The position numbers and the translations under genes were made by a program. This document shows positions 53,133 through 63,774 of a DNA stretch of 64,000 nt, piece after piece. The stretch's first letter is position 1. The number at the start of each line of letters is the position of its first letter. The DNA is taken from assembly GCA_964016885.1 (NCBI GenBank), contig OZ024743.1, positions 308,884,001 to 308,948,000 of the forward strand, written 5' to 3'. The notes below the pieces were generated by a model. The model was given only the letters and a program-made list of their open reading frames with translations, had not been told where the DNA came from and searched no databases. This DNA is from Eledone cirrhosa (lineage: Eukaryota).

Positions 53133-53173
53133 CGTTGCTGACGATAGCTAATAAGCTTGAAACTAGTACAGCG
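53133..53173 (+). ncRNA. Minimal type I hammerhead, intact core
   Basis: cgttg-CTGACGA-tagct(aata)agctt-GAAA-CTAG-TA-cagcg. Confidence 0.85.
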
Positions 53174-53474
53174 TTCCTTTGTCAGTGTTGAACAAATGAG
53201 CAACGATGGTTGCTAGACACTGTAGGGCTTAATTCGGGATGTTTGTTTACAAACACACCGAGCATTATAATAAATGTTCGGTGAATCCATACGTACATAT
53301 ATATATATATGCATGTATGTATATATATATATATATACATACTACTGTACGTCTGTAGACATATATGTATGTACGTATACATACTTATATTTAAGTAACA
53401 GCCGTACTAAGAGTGAGAAATAAAATTTCATTTCATTTTTTCCGTTTATATATATATATATATAAACGGAAAAA

Positions 53475-54195
53475 ATATTTAATATTTTCTAGATCGATAC
53501 AGGCGGATTATATGTACTTGAGTTAAAGTATTTCTATCTGGCTAAAAAATTATTGTCAATTTGCAAAAAAAAACACATTAGTGTTGATCATATTTTTTAT
53601 TAAATTGTACTGTAATGCTCAGAAGTATTTTCTTAGAGCTTAATAACTGTATTTGACTACTAAATTGAAATAAATCTGCTCCTTCGGTAGAGCTGAATTC
53701 ATAATCCCATATTTACGGCTGTTATTTCTAGCGCCATGGATATGAGCCAGAATGCTGAGAAGGTCGTATGCAAAAGCACATGTATTAGGCTTGCGACAGA
53801 TCAGTCTTAAGATTCTTATCTTAGGAGAAGTAACTATAATTTATCTGGGTGCCTATTGAAAATCACAGAAAATTGATTACTTCACTAATAATTATTTTAT
53901 AAATAGTTATTTCGTAATTAATTATTTCATTAGTATACCATCCCTTGTGAAACAGGTTTATGTTTTGAAGTTCCGACCGATCTGCTGAAAAGGTTTGAAT
54001 TTAGAAATTTAAACTTGTCTAGGCACCAGGCAGTTGCCATTTTACGTCTGTAAGTATAGATTTAATATTTAATATTTTCTAGATCGATACAGGCGGACTA
54101 TATGTACTTGAATTAAGGTATTTCTATCTGGCTAAAAAATTATTGTCAATTTGCAAAAAAAACACATTAGTGTTGATCATATTTTTTATTAAATT

Positions 54196-54200
<5 letters not shown>
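53475..54200. repeat. ~136-bp direct repeat, period ~590 bp; second copy ends at (TA)n
   Basis: 53475-53611 matches 54065-54200. Confidence 0.85.
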
Positions 54201-54244
<44 letters not shown>

Positions 54245-54364
54245 TACCAGAAAAACCGCCCTTCTGGTGGTTTTCTGCTAGCATATGTAGTGTGCATATT
54301 GGTATTATACGCAAATATATATGCATATAGATATATGTAAATTGAAAAGTAAATTGACAATATC

Positions 54365-55005
54365 TACTTCTTCACCCACTTATTTCTGAGTGGGTCGTGG
54401 GGGGGGGGGGAGTCCTTCTCAAACACTCCTTCCAGTGAGTCTGTCAGTAGCAAACATCTCTAACTGATCCAGCTGGATCCCAAAGCGTGACCAGCCAAGC
54501 TCATGGATGTTGTCCAACTATCTTGCTCAGGGTCTACCTCTGGGTCTCTTGTCGGTTGGTTTTGCCTGTAAAATGTGTCCAGCGATCCTTTACTGAGACA
54601 TTCTAACCATATGCTCATAATATCGGAGTTGTGATCTCTCAATTCGGAGAAGTAGCGGCTCTACCAGGAGTGACTCTCTGGTCTCTGAGTTATGCACTTT
54701 ATCGAGTAACGTTACTCCAAAGACCCTTCGGAGGAATCCCATTTCTGCCACTCATATATGCAATTGTATTCTTTTGGTCATTACTCAAGATTCATAATCC
54801 TCGGTAAGAGTTGGCAGGAATACCGAGAAGACAGCGAGTTTGGCTTTTACACCTACCCCACTTCATCTGATTGCTGAATGCTGAGGCTGGCGCATTACTG
54901 TATCAGATTTTGCAATTCTTGCACTTAATTCAGCCTCCTGCATTCAATCACGGCTCCAAGATACTTGAACTTCTCTAACTCCTTCAGTAGAACTCCTTTC
55001 ACATG
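54365..55005 (-). mobile_element. Old RTE family C 3' fragment
   Basis: EKFKYLGA; homologous to 38290-38820. Confidence 0.75.
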
Positions 55006-55199
55006 TATATAAATTTGAGGAATTGTTATCCACCAGTCCATCACACAATGTGTTTGTGTGTTTGTGTGAATGTATGTGTGTGTAAAAGGAAGGAAAGGGA
55101 TACACACATATATGTCCCTAACTTAAAAACAGTGACACACATACACGTCTCTAATTTAAGAACGTCGACAAACTCACGCGCGCGCACATACACACAATG

Positions 55200-55885
55200 T
55201 CTTATTACCACTCAAGAGCTTTGGCCTGGACAAACATCCCCTCAATTTTGGAACCGTCTGGGTTGTCCAGAATTGATGGGAAAAGACTTGACGGTCTTAA
55301 TCTGTGCTCCTGGTCCAGAGGCAGGTGCCTTACCTGGGACGTCACAGTTAGTGACTCTTTTGCTTCTTCCCACATTCTGGATGCAGCGGTAAGGGCGAAA
55401 GCTACAGCATCCGCAGCTGAACGGAATAAAATCCTAAAATACCGTGTTCTGTCAGTTAAATACATTATCCAGCCTGTGGCGTTCGAGACGTTTGGGGGAG
55501 TCGGGCTACTGACAGCGAGATTCTTATCTTCACTGGCGGTTCGCCAAACAGAGGTAACTGGTGATGCTCGTGAGGGCACTTGGTTGTTCCAGCACCTCAG
55601 CGTCACTATCACCCCAGGTAACGCTGCGAGCGTGCTGACCTGCCTCAAAAATTATTAGAGAGGTGTCCCAGTGCTCCTCGCTATATTGCTATCTTTTGCT
55701 CTGGTAGCGGCTCGTTTTCCCACTCTATCGTCTGCATTTTGTTCTATGTGGCTTAAGATGTGTGTATTACGTGCTTGTGTATTTTTTCTATTCTTTTTTT
55801 TCCTTTCCCTTTCCTTTGTATATATTATATAGGTTAGTGTTTTCGTTCTGTAACCATTATATTAAATGAGTTTAAAAAAAAAAGA
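55200..55885 (+). mobile_element. CRE-clade non-LTR retrotransposon 3' end (restriction-like endonuclease)
   Basis: LEPSGL.R.DGKRLDG....W..G..LTWDVTV...AE..K..KY....PVAFETFG...GNAASV; T-rich UTR and A-tail. Confidence 0.75.
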
Positions 55886-56347
55886 GTTAATAAATAAAAC
55901 GGTATACTTGTTTTATCCTCCCATTTCCAATTCACCGAACGCTGCTATCATGACTGTATGTGTGTGTTTGTGTAAATGTATATGTGTGAATGTATGTTTG
56001 TGTGAAAGTATGTGTGAATGTATGTGTATTTGTGTGAATGTATGTCCGTGAGCGTGTATTTTTATAAGTTTGTGTTTGCGCGATTATAGTTATATACTCA
56101 TAATAGTTATATACTCATGCATATAGATGTATGTATGTGCACACTCATACGCATCAGCGTGTAGAAAATGGTAATCTCTCTATCTCTCTCATCACACACT
56201 CTCTCTTTCTATATATATGGTAGTTGAAGTGGTGATGGTGGCGACGATACACCGGATGTCTAGACATTTGAAACTTTGAAAAGAAGTAAATTTTAAATTA
56301 TTTATGTTTACAAAATTTAGTACATAAATTATGTAATATTCATTCAT

Positions 56348-56749
56348 TGGTGGATTGGCAGCATCGGTAGAGGGTCGGACACCATGCTTTCCAACATAGT
56401 TACGTCCCTTTACGGACTGAGTTCAAATCCCGCCGAGGTTAACTTTACCTTTCATCCTTTCGGGGTCGATAAAATAAAGAACCAGTAATGTACTGGGGTA
56501 TTTGCTGGCCTTGTGCCAAAAGCAGAAACAATTATTATTATTATTATTATTATTAGGGCGATGGATTGGCAGTATCAGTAGAGGGTTGGACGCCATGCTT
56601 TGCAGCATAGAGTTATGGCCCTTTATGTTCTGAGTTCAAATCCCACCGAGGTTAACTTTACCTTTCATCCTTTCGGGGTCGATAAAATAAAGAACCAGTA
56701 ATGTACTGGGTAAATGGCTGGCCTTGTGCCAAAAGTAGAAACAATTATT
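56348..56749 (+). mobile_element. Two tandem SINE copies (family of 463-655) separated by an (ATT)n tail
   Basis: Direct match to 463-655. Confidence 0.88.
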
Positions 56750-56829
56750 TATTCAAAGTAATCCAACTGATTTTACAAACTGGATTAAAAGAAATAAACC
56801 GTACGCAGTCTCGCAGTCCTTACTTTATT

Positions 56830-56866
<37 letters not shown>

Positions 56867-57247
56867 TTATTTACTCTTGGTGCAGCAGATTTGAAATTTC
56901 CCCGGTATAAGGTTAGGATTTCTTTGTTTATTTTTTATATATGAATATTGATTGTTCCTTATATCTCATTCTGTTATTTTACCCGAGAAAATATCTGTGT
57001 GTCATCAAATGTTGTACACACATAGATATTTTTTCAATTTACAATTGAGTTCTTAGCACGTGGCCTGAATTCCTTTTAGAGTTCATTGTCATGCGCATGT
57101 ATTGTTTTTTTGGCGGTAATTTACTTCCTCATTTTTGAATCAGTTTGAGAATTTCTTTAGAACTGCTGGACTGGCAACCTGACAGATACCTCAGGTACAG
57201 ATGATGATTATCGCTAAATACTGATGTTGGTTAGATTATCAATATTA

Positions 57248-57404
57248 GTATTATTGGGGCACTCACTGATGAATTATAGGAGTCCACTTGAATATATATC
57301 TATTGATGGTATACAAGCTCCCACATAAATTGGTATAATTTAACCCATATTGTAGGAATCCTATAATGAAACGAGACGTTCATATGTCTCATATGAAATA
57401 ATAC
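57248..57404 (+). ncRNA. Type I hammerhead motif with extended stem II and a true stem III
   Basis: gtattatt..tca-CTGATGA-attatagga[~77 nt]tcctataat-GAAA-cgagac(gttcatat)gtctca-TA-tga.aataatac. Confidence 0.75.
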
Positions 57405-57542
57405 AGCCAATTTTCCACGCAATACTTTTAGTTAGCACCCCAAACGCATAATTGGGAATATAATCACTTATTTCCTAATGTTTGTTGAGTGAGTTGGAAT
57501 TTGGCCGGAGTATCGCTAAAAAGCTTTCTCCGATATTGTATT

Positions 57543-57575
<33 letters not shown>

Positions 57576-57818
57576 GTGGCGGACTAGGTCTAAAAATATT
57601 GGTTGCCAGAGGAAGGGGGCCCACCTAGATATAGAATGTACTATCATTTAATTTTTGTAATGAATAATTAACATTTCCAAAAAATAAATAGGTGATAACA
57701 AAACAGTGCAATGAAATTTTTGCGGAAAAATATCTTACCTTCTCCAATAATAAAATATTATGTATTTTGAGAAATACAGAGACTTTCAATAATGACCTCT
57801 GGTCTTTCACACTCACTC

Positions 57819-57851
<33 letters not shown>

Positions 57852-58024
57852 ATCTATATATCTATCTATCTATATATATATGGGATAACAAGTTATCGTT
57901 TCAGGTAATCCAGTTAGAGGTATGGATAGTTTTTACGTACGGCGTTGTTTGATTCAACAAGAGGTTTCCTTAGTTAGGTAGCGAGTTTACGAGAATTCCA
58001 ATGCAGGTTATTCTTGGAGTAATA

Positions 58025-58330
58025 ATAGTGAAAGAGTGAAGAATAACATGGTCGGCTGTACAAAAAGGGTTTTATTTACAGTATTAACAATTGTTTCATT
58101 GATCAGGTTAGTCTAAAGGCCGCCGATCACTCGAAATTGCGTCACTCGACCTTAAATACAGTGTGTGTCTCTGATCAAATCATCGGAACTCAGTATTCCG
58201 ATGATTTGAAGGTCGAGTAACGCAACTTCGAGTGATCAGCGGCCTTTAGACTAACCTGATCAATGAAACAATTGTTAATACTGTAAATAAAACCCTTTTT
58301 GCACAGCCGACCATGTTATTCTTAACTCTT

Positions 58331-58337
<7 letters not shown>
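58025..58337. repeat. Fold-back insertion (arms 58025-58153 / 58209-58337, nested hairpin in the loop) with tail ~57882-58024
   Basis: 129-bp inverted arms with ~5 mismatches; bounded by (TA)n. Confidence 0.9.
58191..58283 (+). ncRNA. Hammerhead-like motif, variant core CCGATGA
   Basis: cagtatt-CCGATGA-t.ttga[long]tcaa.t-GAAA-CAATTG-TT-aatactg. Confidence 0.6.
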
Positions 58338-58383
<46 letters not shown>

Positions 58384-58550
58384 GGATTAACAAATAATAG
58401 TTAAATGCAGTCCACTTAGGTGAAGTCCAGTTATGGTATTCCAGGAAGTGGATGATATTAATGCTTGGCTTGGTTTGACTCAACAAGGCGTTTTCATAGT
58501 GATGCTGCGGGTATGCTGTAATTCCTATGTTGTAAACACTTGGAGTAATA

Positions 58551-59629
58551 ATAAATCAGGAAAGAAGGTTTACATGGTTTGCTATACAAAAAAGTTTTTA
58601 ATCACATAGCTTACATTTGTTTCACTAAACTGGTATGTCTAGAGATCGCTATCCGCTTAATATTGCGTTACTCGATCACCAATACAGAATTATAACCAGT
58701 CAGATCTTCGGAGCATGCGAGAATGAAGAAAATACACAGGCAAGAAAAGAAAAGAAAATACAGGCTACTATATGGAGTAGTAATGGCCTTCAATCTGTAA
58801 GTACCTCATCTACCAACAATCTTACTCCTTCTCAGCTGCTGCAATCATTTGATCCTAGATCCTAGTTTTTCTCATTTCACTACTACAATGTTACTTTACC
58901 TTCTTTTTGCCATAATTACAATTAGCACGCTTTTCTCTTTGCATGTATGTATATTTTTGTACGAGTGTATATTGATGTGTATGTATGTGTCTATGTACAC
59001 ATGCATGTGTATATATGTGTATATATATTTATATATATATGTGTGTGTGTGTGTGTATGTGTATGTGTGTGTGTGTGTGTGTGCGTAGATATATGCGTAT
59101 ATTAATTCGTTAACCTCTGTATTAACTCTACAACTATTTAGCTTTGACAGTGGTCCCACTCATGTATACTGTTGAAGATGAAGAGAAAGACTGTAAAAAC
59201 TAGCTTATCTTTATAATTTAAAATTGATATACACTAAGATACTCTGTACATGTCAACGCTTCATTTTGCCTTATGACAGATAGTTTTCACGCCGTAACAT
59301 TAGATACATTATATACCCCCCACCTAAGTAATGTCAGGGTCTCCTTAAATAATTTATTGATAGCATTGTTGTAATTGTTGTTATTGTTCTAATTGAAGGC
59401 AATTACTACTCCATATAGTAGCCTGTATTTTCTTTTCTTTTCTTGCCTGTGTATTTTCTTCATTCTCGCATGCTCCGAAGATCTGACTGGTTATAATTCT
59501 GTATTGGCGATCGAGTAACGCAATATTAAGCGGATAGCGATCTCTAGACATACCAGTTCAGTGAAACAAATGTAAGCTATGTGATTAAAAACTTTTTTGT
59601 ATAGCAAACCATGTAAACCTTCTTTCCTG

Positions 59630-59635
<6 letters not shown>
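58551..59635. repeat. Inverted repeat with 244-bp arms (58551-58794 / 59392-59635) and tail 58382-58550
   Basis: Arms differ at ~3 positions; bounded by (TA)n. Confidence 0.92.
59469..59581 (+). ncRNA. Hammerhead-like motif, variant core CCGAAGA (mirror copy on minus strand ~58605-58717)
   Basis: catgct-CCGAAGA-tctgactgg[long]ccagttcagt-GAAA-caaatg-TA-agctatg. Confidence 0.6.
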
Positions 59636-59691
<56 letters not shown>

Positions 59692-59699
<8 letters not shown>

Positions 59700-59885
59700 T
59701 AAAATAACAGATTAAAGTTTAAGCAAAGAATCGCTGCTTTCACCCTTAACGGGATCCGGTTGCAACGTTTTTTGAAATATCAACTTCTGCGTTTACAGAT
59801 TGACTTTGTTAGTTTCAGAAGATCCCGTTAAGGGTGAAGGCAGCGATTCTTTGCTTAAACTTTAATCTGTTATTTTAATAAATAT
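59692..59885. repeat. Fold-back insertion (65-bp arms 59692-59756 / 59821-59885) with degenerate HHR at 59811-59861 and tail to ~59960
   Basis: One mismatch between arms; agttt-CAGAAGA-tccc/gggt-GAA(G/A)-gca..tgc-TT-aaact. Confidence 0.85.
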
Positions 59886-59980
59886 TTGCTCTAGGGTTCT
59901 TATATATTTGATATATATTTATCCTTATCGAGCCCTCTTTGGATTTTAGTCTTCAAATTTATTATTATTACTATTATTAT

Positions 59981-60033
<53 letters not shown>

Positions 60034-60344
60034 GAAGCTTAGTAAAATCGAAGCTTTGGCTGTGGGCAAGCAAAGTCGACCTACAATATGAATGAGTTAG
60101 TAAAGCACTCAATAACAGACAAATTGAACATTGTGGTAGGCAAAACCTAACACACAATACGAGAGCAACGAAAAACCTAACAGGTTAAAAAAGATACACC
60201 TGGACAAATTAAACGATATACGTTTAAAGTGTTTCTGTGAATCCGAAATCAAATATCCGACTTACGTAACAGGCACGCTCGTGGTATTCCATGACGAACA
60301 GAGGATTCGTTTCACATATATATATATATATACTTATATTAATT

Positions 60345-60656
60345 TTCAAAATATTAACAAAATAGATATTCTTGTGATCAAGTATATTTTATTATACATA
60401 TTTCAGAGGTACTGAGTTAACTTCAACAGTACGTCCTCATCAGATAAAATAAGATGATGCATGACATACCCTGACATAGTAGATGGTTAAGATTCAGTCA
60501 TGACTGAATCTTAACCATCTACTATGTCAGGGTATGTCATGCATCATCTTATTTTATCTGATGAGGACGTACTGTTGAAGTTAACTCAGTACCTCTGAAA
60601 TATGTATAATAAAATATACTTGATCACAAGAATATCTATTTTGTTAATATTTTGAA
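60345..60656. repeat. Perfect 312-bp spacerless palindrome
   Basis: Checked block by block; centre at 60500|60501. Confidence 0.95.
60550..60616 (+). ncRNA. Type I hammerhead ribozyme, intact core (mirror copy on minus strand 60385-60451)
   Basis: tattttat-CTGATGA-gga.gtactg/cagtac.tct-GAAA-tatgta-TA-ataaaata. Confidence 0.85.
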
Positions 60657-60765
60657 TTAATATTAATAACTCCGGAAAACCATAGCTGTTGAGTGCTTCC
60701 AATCTATTGTAAAACTCATTCTTTGATTTATCCATTGAACCTTGTTTAACCTTTAAATATATACC

Positions 60766-60825
<60 letters not shown>

Positions 60826-60833
<8 letters not shown>

Positions 60834-61489
60834 TAGCGAGAATCGTATTTCGGCTTAGGAATTAACGAAAAACAACTTCCGAGATGTGTGGCAAGCGCTC
60901 AATGATTCAGATGAACCAGAGCTACCACATACGTTAAAGGCCAAACACACTGAGACGATGGTTAAACAATCACCCGCACAGCCAAAGAAACGACCAAGTA
61001 ATTCGGGTCAAACAAATAAAAATATATGTGATTGAAAATTTACCCGGACCCCTGGATGGTTGGTAAAATCCAGCATTTGGGTTTCTGCGACTCTTAAATC
61101 AAGTACTGTCCGCTTACATAAATAATGTTAGGCTTCTGGTAAGATGATTGAACAAGAAAGCCACTTTTTCAACAGGTTTTAGTTCAAATGCTAATACAAG
61201 GAATGACTGTTACTGACCTCACGTGGGGTTCGGCAAGGGAGGCAACCCTTATTTTAGGCGGATGAATTCAGTTGTGTATATTATTGCAAGAATGCAAAAC
61301 ATCACAAATCGAACAAAGCTCTCGACAGAATGGTTAAAGTTAACATAAGCTATTCATCAGTCAATAGAATCAACTAAAAAAATCAAGAAAATTAACTGGT
61401 TAATAGCTGGACTCGGGAGATTAATACAAATATAAATTAGCGAGAATCGTATTTCGGCTCAGGAATTAACGAAAAACAACTTCCGAGAT
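60826..61489. repeat. 60-bp direct repeat, period 604 bp; first copy abuts (TA)n
   Basis: 60826-60885 matches 61430-61489 with 1 mismatch. Confidence 0.85.
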
Positions 61490-61685
61490 TAATTGTTTTA
61501 TTTTATTTTATTTTAAATTTATTCTTTCTCTTAAAAATCAGGTATTTTTTGAAAGTAAAGCATTGACCCCTAAACTACTACTGTGGGTCCTGCAATGTTA
61601 CTGTGGGCTCTTGCAATGCTACCGTGGGCCCACTGGGGCCCACTTGCCATTGGGCAACCTGGCAATTGGCCAGTCCGCCACTGCT

Positions 61686-61724
<39 letters not shown>

Positions 61725-62144
61725 AAAGGTGTGGTAAGATACCAGGTGGACCATAACGCACCAGAGTACTCAATACTTAGGGTAGTAGAGTGGGTAATAG
61801 GAAAAGAGTCAGGACCCCAACGGCTGAGCTCCGGCCAGTAGTAATATTGACGTGCAAGTGGCTGAGCATTCTACAAACCTAATTAAACCTTAACGTAATT
61901 CTCGGGAGATTAAACGTGATGCAGTGTATGATATAACTGACTCTCTCTTTTCATGTAAAACTCATTCTTTTACAGTTGAGTAAACTGGTGCAACGTTAAA
62001 TAAAGTGCCTTGTTCAAGGATACAGCACACCGCCATGAATCGAACTCACGTAAACCGAATACCCTAGTAATTTTCAATAATTCAAGTAAGAATTATAGAA
62101 AATTTATGAGAGAGAGAGAAAGAGAGGGAGAGAGAGAGGGAGAG

Positions 62145-62203
<59 letters not shown>

Positions 62204-63774
62204 TTCGATCTTTATACTATAGAGATTTTAAAAATCCGGTATTGGTTATAGCTGCAATATAGAACCTCTATAGCAAATCAATCAGAAATTGAAAAACAGA
62301 TTCGTATATATGGGAAGTTGTGTGATAATAGTCGTCAGGTTATACCGAACTCCTTACAATTTACGATGAACCATCAAGAATACTCAATGTAATATATCAA
62401 TAGAAAATTTATAACATCAAATATCAACTTCCACATCATTAACAGGTATTTGTGACTATATGCTGCTCTAAAATTATTAGGAAGCAATAAAATAAAAGTT
62501 CAAAGAAAGAAAAATTAATCTTTCTTTCTTTGTTGTATTGGAAAAGATAAAAGCCAATGAACTGAATTGGTTATAAAGTTCTTATAATAGTACAGCAGGA
62601 AGCCAAATTAATGTATTACGAACACAAATGTAGAAGAATATGGAAGCTATATCTCATACTGAGAATATGCAATATGCAATGTAAATATTTTTATAGTAAT
62701 CAGTAAACCTTAATTTAGAAGCCATACATATAAATTTATACACAGTTCTGTCAGATTTAGAACCCACATTTAAATATTAATACTTGATTGTCAATAACTC
62801 TAGATTTGAGCTGTCAAAGCTTCTCTAGTTGAAAGCAACCTCAGTTTGTTAAGTAATTAATCCCGGCTATAAAAAATAAAATATATATATTTGATCTTAA
62901 TGTTAAGTAAATAGAGAAATATTGCAGACAGTTTTGAAACTGAATCAGAAATAATATTACCGATTTGATTCAGGAGTATATTATTAGATAAACGGTAACC
63001 CTTCGTAATACTTAAATAATCATATTTATATAATATTTATAGTATTACTGTATTGAAAGAAAGCCGTAAACGACAGGGGAAATAAAGAGGAAGTTTTGTT
63101 GGGAGATATTTTTATTATCGATATGTTGCCCTCTAGGTCAAGTTTATAAACCTTTTGCGTGTCACTTGCATACTAGGACAGAAGTTGGATTCAACTCGTA
63201 TTTATGAGATATGAATATAGATGAAGAAATGAATATTTCTTCTTCCTCCTAATGTAGAGTTACAAAGGTTGAGTTGATATACTGTTGGCCTCTCATCGAT
63301 TGAAGAATCGGGAGGTTGTATTCTGGCAATGATTACTTCGGCAATGCAATAAAACGTTCACTTTAATTAGCTAACATAATAAACACACACACACATTTCT
63401 ACATAGATATGGGCACACACACACACACACACCACATTACATTTTAGCATATGCTCGCACGCACATACGCACATACACATATAGATACGGATATGCACAT
63501 ACTAACAGCATACATACATGGGGACCCATGCACACACACACACATACTCTCTCTTTCTCACGCACGCACATACGAATAATATATATATAAAGACATAAAG
63601 GGAAAGCTAAAAATAATTTCAGTGGTGAATTAACACGAAGTGAATAGTTTCGTTATCTGCAGTTGCAGGATTGATCTAACCTCGAAAATGGGAGGGAGAA
63701 GAGAAAATGAAACAAATCAACCGTCGGATCGAACCAAGAGAGCTATGTTTCCATTTGTTATCTAAAGTTTAAAG

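Larger units (their letters stand above)
52518..53449 (+). mobile_element. Retrozyme-like tandem array: two monomers (456 and 435 bp) plus a 41-bp partial third, ending in (TA)n
   Basis: Unit starts at 52518, 52974 and 53409. Each full unit has an octamer, a TATA-like box, an HHR and an internal TA tract. Confidence 0.8.
57574..61683. mobile_element. Putative hAT-like element with 12-bp TIRs CAGTGGCGGACT enclosing the palindrome cluster
   Basis: TIRs at 57574-57585 and 61672-61683; GGGCCC-rich subterminal repeats at both ends; no TSD seen. Confidence 0.55.

Noticed and set aside
54243-54282. Hairpin after (TA)n resembling a Helitron-type end
   Set aside because: No matching other terminus or second copy in the window.
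57540-61730. CRISPR-like alternation of repeats and unique spacers
   Set aside because: The repeats are variable-length (TA)n, the spacers are 280-1250 bp, there are no cas genes and the context is eukaryotic.
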